A stretch of 64,000 bases of DNA, taken from contig OX638149.1 of NCBI GenBank assembly GCA_951804945.1, positions 31,744,001-31,808,000 on the forward strand, read 5' to 3'. Each line of letters opens with the position of its first letter. Positions within the stretch are counted from its first letter, which is position 1. Under the pieces are notes generated by a model. It had not been told where the DNA came from and searched no databases. It saw only the letters and a list, made by a program, of their open reading frames with translations. Below are positions 1-8,200 of the stretch, in pieces. Source of the stretch: Podarcis cretensis (taxonomy: Eukaryota). The position numbers and the translations under genes are program-made.

Positions 1-115
1 CTCCAGATGTTTTGGGACTACAATTCCCATCATTCCTGACCATGGTTCCTTTTAGCTAGGGATCAAGGGAGTTGTAGTCCCAAGACATCTGGAGGGCCGA
101 GTTTGCCTATGCCTG
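1..115. mobile_element. Palindromic squamate MITE (GGGACTACAAYTCCCATCAT...GGGAGTTGTAGTCC family, hAT-like), cut by the window edge
   Basis: Internal inverted repeat. The same motif recurs at about 640-730, 12786-12870, 34940-35050, 42285-42571, 58540-58650 and 59125-59262. Confidence 0.75.
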
Positions 116-406
116 ATATATGGCGGCTCCTAAAAGAAAGCCAATAGGAGTGAAGGAGGTAGTTGTTGGATTCCAGCTCCCACCAACGGCCAGCGACTCT
201 GGGGGTTGCAGCCCATCAACACCTGGAGAGCCACGGCGGATACCTCCCCGCCCCCCGCTCTAAAACAGGGAAGGGGCCACCAGGAGGGCTGTTGCCTCGG
301 GCAACCAAAGCCCTCGGCCGGCGGTCCCTTCCTCCGGGAGATCGGGGGACAGGGCAAAAGACAGCGCGTGGAGCGCCGGGCGTTAGGACAGCGAGTAGGC
401 CTCTCC

Positions 407-420
407 GTCGCCATGGCAAC
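407..420. promoter_or_regulatory. RFX X-box GTCGCCATGGCAAC in IFT43 intron 1
   Basis: Near-perfect match to the palindromic X-box consensus GTYNCCATGGNAAC, typical of ciliary genes. Confidence 0.75.
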
Positions 421-456
421 TCGGGCCGCGCGCCCTCCCGCTCTTCTTCTTCTTAC

Positions 457-498
457 CCCCTTGCAGACTTCCTCGTCCAGCTCCAAGTCGTCGTCCAT
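457..498 (-). CDS. IFT43: IFT43 coding exon 1 (MDDDLELDEEVCKG); the rest of the gene lies left of the window
   Basis: ATG at 498-496, 14 codons, then GG|GTAAGA donor (GT at 456-455, phase 0). Resembles the recalled human IFT43 N-terminus MEDLLDLDEEL. Head-to-head position next to TGFB3 matches known synteny, and X-boxes flank the exon. Confidence 0.85.
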
Positions 499-552
499 CT
501 TTCAGACCGAACCGCTCACTTCCGGGAGAAAGCCCCGCCCCCTCCCCCGCGC

Positions 553-566
553 GCGTCCTTAGCAAC
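553..566 (-). promoter_or_regulatory. RFX X-box GTTGCTAAGGACGC about 55 nt upstream of the IFT43 ATG
   Basis: Strong GTTGCT half-site with a degenerate second half, in the proximal promoter of an IFT gene. Confidence 0.7.
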
Positions 567-624
567 CGCTGATTTCCCTTAAAGCGACCGCAGCCTTTTT
601 TGTAGTCCGTCCACAGTCCCTGTG

Positions 625-740
625 CTGTTCAACCTTATAGGGTCCCTGGACGTTGTTGGGACTACAACTCCCGTCATCCCTGGCCTTTGGCTAAACTGGC
701 TAAGGATGGTGGGAGTTGTAGTCCAACAGCGCGCGAGGAA
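625..740. mobile_element. Palindromic MITE copy inside the IFT43 promoter
   Basis: ACTACAACTCCC (661-672) and its inverse GGGAGTTGTAGT (711-722), with family-typical flanks. Confidence 0.7.
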
Positions 741-1158
741 GGGCCCTTTATTTCCATCTCCCCGGCTCTCTCACCCGGCAGCAACTTTCCCCAGCCACCC
801 CGAAACAACAAGCTAAGCGCCTCCTGGAGCCGCAATATTTTGCCCGCTTGTTAACGTCGGAAGCGCCTGGCAAGCCCGGATGCCTGAAAGTCCCTGCGTG
901 CAATTGATCGCTCTCGGGTTAACAATCCTCAAGAATGGTTCAGGGCTTTGCCCTGAGAGCTACTGCGAATACGACGAAGACAGGAGAGCCTGAAAGCCAG
1001 TACCGAGCGCCTCTCCCTAGAAAATGAGAAACTAGACACACACGTACAAGTGTATTATGTATTCCGCCAACATGGTTATGGACACAAGAAAAAGGGGCGT
1101 TCGGGGTGGATGGACATTGCTTTACTTTGTTCTTAAAGGCTTCCGTAACTCTTGTCAC

Positions 1159-1253
1159 TGCGGGAGGCAGTGGAAGACAGGAGTGCCTGGCGTGCTCTGG
1201 TCCATGAGGTCACGAAGAGTCGGACACGACTAAACGACTAAACAACAACAACA
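1159..1253 (+). mobile_element. 5'-truncated Bov-B (RTE LINE) 3' end with (CAA)n tail and 12-bp TSD
   Basis: GGAGGCAGTGGAAGACAGGAGTGCCTGGCGTGCT...GAAGAGTCGGACACGACTAAACGACTAAACAACAAC. TSD AACTCTTGTCAC at 1147-1158 and 1254-1265. Confidence 0.85.
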
Positions 1254-1674
1254 AACTCTTGTCACATCATCGCTGTCAGGCGGGGCTGGGGCAGAAAAAA
1301 GACTGAATAATAACAAACCCGAGCACTTGTGGTATAAAAAGTTACAGGATTTCAGACGTCGTGAAATAGGAATCAGCAGGAAACGAAGCGCTGTGACCGA
1401 CCACCCCAAAAAAACTTCACAGAAGGCAGACGCAAACTGTCGAAAAAAGGATTGTGTATGACCACCCTGATAGCATCGTGAGCACCAGTCATCATGAATG
1501 TGCCATAAAAGGGACTTCTGGAGAGACCAGGCTTCCTGAGCACAAAGTATAGCTTTCAAGGGCTAGCCAGCACTTATCATTTGAGCCATTTCCAGCTGTT
1601 AGCTTGTTGCAGCAGAAACAAACCAACAAACCAAGGGCCTTCGATCACATTGAAGCTGAACACATTCATCGGGT

Positions 1675-1755
1675 GCATCTGTTAAAGTGGGCTCTAGTCC
1701 ATAAAAGCTGATGAAACATGTTAATAATTAAGGCGCTACTAAGTTCTTCATGTTG
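1675..1755 (+). mobile_element. Degenerate Penelope-like element terminus
   Basis: Resembles the recalled reptile Penelope end (gaagtgggctctagcccacgaaagct...taaggtgccac). Short and diverged. Confidence 0.35.
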
Positions 1756-2169
1756 GAAAATGAAGAATAAACAGAATTATTACTTATGATCTCCTGCCTG
1801 CTCCGTCCTTTATTTATTTTATAACATTTTAACCCACTTTTCTCACAGAGGTTCAACACAGTGTATAATTCCACCCTCTGGAAATCTATGGGTACTTATA
1901 TGCTAGCCATAAAGCAGTCACATGAATGTTCCATCACCACATAAACTGTTGCTAAAAGCACAGCAAATCGAGTAGAATTTTCCATTCACCTTATTGCTTG
2001 CTGGATAGTGATTTGGCCATGTTGTGGAGTGCTCTTATGGTCATTTCTGTTAGAATGGCAAATGGAACATGCATTGGAGCCACTGTGCACTGAAGGTCCA
2101 GTTTGATCATGCTGTATCAACCCCATACGGGGAAATCATTTACTTTTTTATTTGCATTTATATTTGCAT

Positions 2170-2332
2170 TTTTTTTTCCTCCAAGGAGTTTAAGGTGGTG
2201 CACAAGCTGGTTTTTCCCCTCCTCATTTAATCTCCACAACCCTGTGAGCAGCACTGAATGGCTGAGCTTCATGGCTGAGTAAGTTTCCCAGGTCCTAATC
2301 TGACACTCTAACCACTACACCACACTGGCTGT
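2170..2332 (-). mobile_element. Old tRNA-derived (MIR/CORE-like) SINE remnant; a similar copy lies at about 14035-14215
   Basis: ...cctcatttaatctccacaaccctgtgag...gacactctaaccactacaccacactggct is the reverse complement of a tRNA-like SINE head plus body. Confidence 0.5.
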
Positions 2333-2898
2333 CTCATGAGAAAAGAAGGACGAGATGCCATTTCTCAATGTTTATTTCTCAAGGGTTTATTGGGTGATTG
2401 GTGGTTCCTGTTTGTCAGCTTACTCTAGTTTTATATGATTTTAGACCGTTTTTAAAGATGTGGGGTTGTGTTTTTTGTTTTCTTTTAAACTAATTTTTTT
2501 CATTCTTTTGTTGTTCGTTTATGCTGCATTTGTAAACCTCTTTGAACATTATTTTACAGTAGCGTCACACAAATATTTTAAAACAAATGCATCTCACTTG
2601 TGCTTATTTCTTTCTAAGGAAATAATTTCTGGCATTTTTCCACCCTAAGAGTTCCTAAAACCGTACAGCAGGTGTGCTATTTCTGTAGCAACTACAAAGA
2701 TTTCTCATATGATGGAAAGGTCACATTAGGTAAGCTTTAACTTTCGAGATGCTGTTTAGCAGCTGGAAATAACTGGGAGGCGAACACCACGCCAAGTACC
2801 CAACCCACACTTTTTTCGGCTCAGGGACAAGCTTTCTTGGAAATCGCTCCTATATATAAACAAGGACGCCTGGAAGCTCCTTCACCGGCGCAGCTCGT

Positions 2899-2912
2899 CC
2901 GCCAGAGGGCAC
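2899..2912 (+). promoter_or_regulatory. Candidate CTCF site CCGCCAGAGGGCAC between the IFT43 and TGFB3 promoters
   Basis: Close match to the CTCF core CCRCCAGRKGGCRC, within a small CpG-rich patch (about 2780-2990). Confidence 0.6.
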
Positions 2913-3832
2913 CGTTCGCTTGCCTTCGTTACTCTTGACTCAGCCTCCGGAGACGTTTGTAAAATAAATGAAGCGGGGCCCGCCTTGATCAGGTCTGAAA
3001 AGTGCACAAGCCTCAGCCTCTCCCCTTCGAAGGTGTACAAAACAGTATTTTAAAAAGCAAAGCAGAACCGGGGGAATAAACTCGCCAGATTGCGTACATT
3101 CCAGTTTTGCGAGATCAAACCTTGAAGTCTCTCCATCATAAAATTATTGTTTTATAGCATAGACGTAATTACCATGTCTGTTCAGAAGTAAGCCCTACTG
3201 GACTCAACGGGGCTTACTCTCAGGTAAGACACTGGCAAGATACGTGATTGAAGGATGGATACGAAGGTCCCCGTCCCCCCCCCCTTATTGTTGGCATTTG
3301 GTCATTCCCATGGAAGAATCGGACTCGGACTACATAATTCGGCCACAACCCATCTATCCTACAACCATCCCATTAGTTTCCGTCAAGTTTCCTTGCGAGC
3401 AAGGCTGCGGTCCCCCGCAGCGCACCAATAAATCAATTCCGTTTGAACCAATTCCGTTTGAACTTCTTGCGTTGCGCCACGACCCCCAATCCTGTAAAAC
3501 TGTGCAGTGAAGGTCGGGGTGCAGCTGTGTTTCGGATCACCATTGACATATCCTTTAAACCCTATCTGTGGACGCTTCTCCCCCGCCCCCGAATGCGTGG
3601 GATGGAGGTTCCCATCGGGGGCGGCCACCATCGCGTGGTTGGTCTGGATCCATGAATCCGCGCGCACGCGGTCAGAAGCGGAATTCTCTGGCCAACTTTT
3701 CATTCGGGGGTGGGGGGAGTTGGCAGCATACAGGAGAAAACTTGTGATGCCCCCCCCCCACTTCCCCGGAACCGCAGATGCGCGAGAAACAGGGCCTGGA
3801 GAGACAAGCACCCCCACCCTAAATCAGCCCAG

Positions 3833-3838
3833 TACGTG
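3833..3838 (+). promoter_or_regulatory. Candidate hypoxia-response element TACGTG
   Basis: RCGTG core about 170 nt upstream of TATA. TGFB3 is a known HIF-1 target in mammals, but the motif is short. Confidence 0.4.
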
Positions 3839-3984
3839 GGCGTCAATGTGCCTGTGTGCATGTATCTCCCCCCCCCCCGCGGGCCTTTCCACAGGACGCG
3901 CCTGTTTAACACATTAGAACTGTGCTGGACGCGCAGGCTGGGCTGGGAGATCTCGCTCGCTCGCTCCCCCTTCGCCCGTCCCAG

Positions 3985-4010
3985 AGACGTCATGGGAGGG
4001 AGGTATAAAA
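3985..4010 (+). promoter_or_regulatory. TGFB3: TGFB3 core promoter: CRE (AGACGTCA 3985-3992) followed by TATA box (TATAAAA 4004-4010); TSS inferred at about 4030
   Basis: CRE sits 11 nt upstream of TATA, the arrangement known for the mammalian TGFB3 promoter. Confidence 0.85.
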
Positions 4011-4350
4011 TTTCAGGCGAGAGGAGCGGAGAGAGGCAGTGTGTGTTGTGAGGGCGCGCAAAGGAAGAGGAGGAGGAGGAGGAGGAGGCGGCGGGACAGG
4101 GGGCGCGAAAGTGAGAGAGAGAGAGACGCAAAGGGGGCTCGGCGCCGGGGAGCCCCGTCGAGCTCGAGGGGAGCCGTGGGGAGGAGGGGCGAGGCGGACT
4201 AAGGGGAAGGAGACGGCCGCCTGGCACCTGGAGACGGCGGAGAGAGACGCGGCCAGGCAGGCGGCCGGGAACCAGCCCAGCCAGCGCCCTCGGGTCTCCC
4301 GCGACGGCGCTCGCTCGCTCCCTCCCTCCCTCCCTCCCTCGACGCCGCCA

Positions 4351-4694
4351 ATGAAGCCGAGGCGCAGCTCGTGAAGCGCCTCCGCTTCGGCCCGGCTGCC
4401 GGGGGAATGGCGACCAAGCGGGAGGCATGAGCGGGGCGCGCCGGCCGCCGCAAGTGCGCTCCCGGGCCCGCCCGACACGTGCGCTCCCGGCTGCGCCTCC
4501 TGGGCTCCTGGCTCCGGAGCCGCGCCGCGCCGCGTAACTGTGAGCCCGGGGAGCAGCGGGGGCGGTTGGAGCCCCCTCGACGGCCGCTGCGCGCCTTCGG
4601 ACTCATGGAGAGGGACCCCGGCAGGGCGAGGCGCCGATCCGCTCCCTCTTCCTCCCGCTCCCGTTGCCCGAGTGCTGCCCGCGCTTCTTCCTAG
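4351..4694 (+). other. Four short upstream ORFs in the TGFB3 5'UTR: 4351-4374, 4407-4430, 4427-4537, 4605-4694
   Basis: ATG-to-stop frames read directly (MKPRRSS*, MATKREA*, 36 aa, 29 aa). The ATG at 4407 has a strong Kozak context (ggaATGg). Confidence 0.7.
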
Positions 4695-4724
4695 AAGTCC
4701 CCCCTCGCTCCGGGGAGTTCCTTC

Positions 4725-5114
4725 ATGCACCTTCTCGCCGAGCGCCGCCAGCCTGCAGGATCCGCCTCGTCGGCGGCGCCCTTTTGCGCGCGCGCGCTCT
4801 CCGCCGAGGGGGCGTCCCGCCGCCGCCGCCGCCGCCGCCGCTTCCTCCTCCTCCTCCTCCTCCTCCTCTCCCCGCTCCCTGCCGTCACCGCGCCTGAAGA
4901 TGCACTTGCACAGGGCTCTGCTGCTCCTCTCCCTGCTGAGCTTGGCCACCGTCAGCCTGTCGCTGTCCTCCTGCACGACGCTGGACCTGGAGCACATCAA
5001 GAAGAAGAGGGTGGAGGCCATCCGGGGCCAGATCCTGAGCAAGTTGCGCCTCACCAGCCCCCCGGAGACCGTGGGGCCGAGCCACGTGCCCTACCAGATC
5101 CTGGCTCTGTATAA
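4725..5114 (+). other. Overlapping upstream ORF (129 aa), out of frame with the TGFB3 CDS and extending 215 nt into it
   Basis: ORF track 4725..5114. ATG is at -175 relative to the TGFB3 ATG, in a weak Kozak context. Confidence 0.65.
4817..4866 (+). repeat. Compound triplet repeat (CCG)8-CT-(TCC)8 in the TGFB3 5'UTR
   Basis: Read directly. Ends 33 nt before the ATG. Confidence 0.9.
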
Positions 5115-5245
5115 CAGCACCCGGGAGCTCCTGGAAGAGATGGAGGAGGAGAAGGAGGAGAGCTGCTCCCAGGACCACACCGAGTCTGAGTACTACGCCA
5201 AGGAGATCCACAAGTTTGACATGATCCAGGGCTTCCCGGAGCACA
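4900..5245 (+). CDS. TGFB3: TGFB3 exon 1 coding part (signal peptide and LAP N-terminus, 346 nt)
   Basis: [51 protein letters not shown]...[11 protein letters not shown]. Donor A|GTAAGT at 5246, phase 1. Confidence 0.98.
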
Positions 5246-8200
5246 GTAAGTCCCGAATCCTGTGTCCCCGAAAGGGTTTTTGTTGGGGGGTGATGCCTAA
5301 GATTCCCAGCGGAAAATCAGATCCTCAGAGGCTGCCCAGGTAGCTTAGAAAATATGTTTCTATGCAACTAAAAGGTCCAAGGTGGGGAGAGGATTGGGAG
5401 AGCACATCTGACTTGGGTTACTCTTAAGTCCATTGTAGGGATGGAAAGTTGAGGCAGAGTGGTACGGTTACATAGGTAAACTGGTATTTGAACCCAGGTT
5501 TGAAGACCCAAGCCTTGGTTCCCTGGATTATTCTGATTCTCATAAATGCCTGGGAATTCCAGGTTGCAGGGATGGAGAGAATTTCTCTGCCTGAGCTTCT
5601 GAAATCAGGAAGGCAGTGCCTTGGCAGCTGAAATGCCTTTTCTCTGGGATGCAGAATCCTGTCCAGCCAAGAGTTTGGCAACAGCTGCCCATTGCACCAC
5701 TGACTGCAGTGCATGTGCTGTGAATGTATGCCAAGGCAGTTGTGCTGTTGCAAGTAGTATCCTTGCACATGGACAGCCTTGTTCACATATCGGCTATTCA
5801 GCTAATCTAGCATTAGATGCACTGTCTGTCTTTGCAAATACTTGTGCGTGTTGCCAGTGTATGTTTTGGATGCACCCGTATATCCGAAGCAGCCATGAGT
5901 CAGGAAGGAATGTTTGTGTGTCCAGGTTGAAGTGGGGGAAGCATTCGAGTGAGAGAATGAAATGCATCTGGCTGTGAATTTGTGGCAGATGTACGGAAGT
6001 GTGGGTCTGGCTGATTTACATGTAAGCTGTGCGCTCTCTGTGCATTGACTTTTGTTCATATGTATCCATGATTTTTGCACCCGCAGTAAACACTTTTCAA
6101 AACTGGGCCTGGAATCTTGGCAAACGCTTTGAGTGCATAGGCAGGTTTTCCAATCATCTGGGGGCTGTGAGATCCTGGCAAAAGCCATGTTTCCTTTTGC
6201 TGCCATTAGGTGTCCTCGTGGGCTCTTGAATTACAGCAGAGCGGTTTGGGGGTGGGAAGAAGGATGTGGCCAAGTGCTGTTGAGGGAGGGGTGCCGAAGG
6301 CAGCAACCGGAGGAGGATGGCAGGAGTATCTTTCAGGATGTTGATCAATGTGAAGAGGTTGGAGGAGCTGTGGAAATGTGGCTCAGAGGCAGGCTCCGAT
6401 GTTGTGCACACTTTGGGAGCAAGTCCCATTGAAGAAAGCGAGCCTTGCAACTGAGTAAATGCACCCCAGGAAGAGGCTGGCAGAAGGCTAACTTGCTTTG
6501 AAACCCTGAGCTACAGAAGGCAGGCACTTGCTGTGGAACTGCCCCCTCCCAGCAGGTGAAGAAGCCGGAGCAGCGTTGGCACCAGGGCAAGCCAGAGCTG
6601 AGCCAGCTCTCAGTGTCTTGGAATAACATCAGCCCCAAATCCAGCCAACGAACAGGAAACCGAGCCAATGTCTAGAAAACTAAAGTAGGAGGGGTGGAGG
6701 GAAGTGGGAAAAGAGAGACTAAGAGGGAGAGCGGGGAGGGATGTACTTCAGGATTGGGAGAGAAAAGGCGTTATGAGGCTTGGAAGCCAAAACGTATCCT
6801 TGAAGGGCTGAGCAGATACATTAAAATGTTCCATATGTGAGTAGCGGTCACCACAAATACCGGGCAAGAGTCCTTCCTTGTGGGGTACATGCACGCATAC
6901 ATGAACACTAGGCATAGTGAGGTAAGCCGAGTTGAGTGGATTTGGGTTATGTTTGGCATGTGGCGAAGCGGGGTGGGCATGATCAGGCATAGCCACAACT
7001 CTTCAACCCACACTTGGATTTGCAGCCGTAAGGGGAATGTAAGGGGAAATTGTTCAGCCACTGAAGCCCTTTGGCTCAGATCCACTCCGTCCACCGCCCC
7101 AACACACACCACTGTGGTCGCATGACCTGAGTAATGCAGGAGCTTTGCACAAAAACAAAACGGTGTGGATATCTTTCCAGGCAGGAAAGCATTTTTACAA
7201 AGTGGCTCCCCACACAGTTTGGGCAATCCCAGCTTTGCCAGCCAGCGCTATCCCCACCTCAACAAAGAGGGTTTGTGTTAGCATGGTGGAAGTGGCCAAG
7301 CCATGTGAGGAGCCACTTCCATGTGAACCTACACACTTTTCTTTTCAAGAGGGGAACCAAAGCCAGCATCCAACAAAATAGATGCAGGCTAGTGCATGGA
7401 CTTTTGACTGCAGAAACTAAATTCCCCCACCTCTCCTCTCCCTGTGTTGAGGGCATGTGGTGCTGAAGAAGTAGGATCTTTTTTGGTTGGATGCTACCCC
7501 AAGTCTCCAAATGGAGTCTAAGAAGAACTGGGGGCAGCCCAGAGAGCAAGCCGAGGGGAAGCGTGGAGGATGAGGAAAAGGAGGTGGAAAAAGCTGGAGT
7601 AACAGGGCAGCCTCTTCCCGATGCAGAGGAGATGGTCGCTGAGCTACTAACAGGAAGGAAGCACAGCAGAGCAGCCAGATCCTCTTTATCAGTGGCAGGG
7701 AAAAGGAAGGTGCTGAGGAGGCACCACAAAGATGCAGATTCTAAGCAGATGTTGTGCATCTGTGTCTTCTCACATGGAGGGGTGGCAATGTGGAGCCCTA
7801 GAGGCTGAGCCTATGCAGATGTAGAGTCACGTCAGGAGGTATCAGCTTTTCTTAGCGCTGCTGTTGCAGTGCCAGCGCTGCGATGACAGCCAACCATCAT
7901 CTGTGTTGTTATTCTTGCCCAGCTTCCCAGAACAGTGAGAAGTTCCAGAGGGGCAGCGCCCAACTAGATTTGGTTTCCTTTAGAAGGGTCGCTGGAGACT
8001 GGCTGGAGTTTTGTAATCTTCAACATTATTTTCAAATACACTGGTAGAGCAGGCAGTAGGTGGAAGCACACATCTTAAACACCCTGACAGTTGATCCAGC
8101 TGCTCCACATCAACTCTCCAGGGAAGAGCAGTCAGGACCCCAAAATGCTTTCAACATCTGACAAGAGGGTAAAACTCATCTCAGCGCTCTCTGTTTCTCC

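Larger units (their letters stand above)
250..950. promoter_or_regulatory. IFT43: CpG-island promoter of IFT43 with ETS site (CACTTCCGG 517-525) and GC box (GCCCCGCCCC 532-541)
   Basis: High GC and CpG density around exon 1. Motifs read directly from the sequence. Confidence 0.75.
3390..5300. promoter_or_regulatory. TGFB3: CpG island covering the TGFB3 promoter, 5'UTR and exon 1
   Basis: Very GC-rich with dense CpG, dropping sharply after about 5300. Confidence 0.85.

Noticed and set aside
130-456. Remainder of the 122-aa ORF after IFT43 codon 14
   Set aside because: Read-through past a consensus donor into intron 1 and MITE-derived sequence.
3990-5054. 354-aa antisense ORF and other long ORFs over the TGFB3 CpG island (for example 3700-4428)
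   Set aside because: Extreme GC content and triplet repeats suppress stops. The products are low-complexity Arg/Gly/Ala/Pro and partly mirror the TGFB3 CDS.
7259-7808. Overlapping 166-aa (-) and 105-aa (+) ORFs in TGFB3 intron 1
   Set aside because: Purine-skewed low-complexity DNA with no recognisable domain or convincing splice sites.
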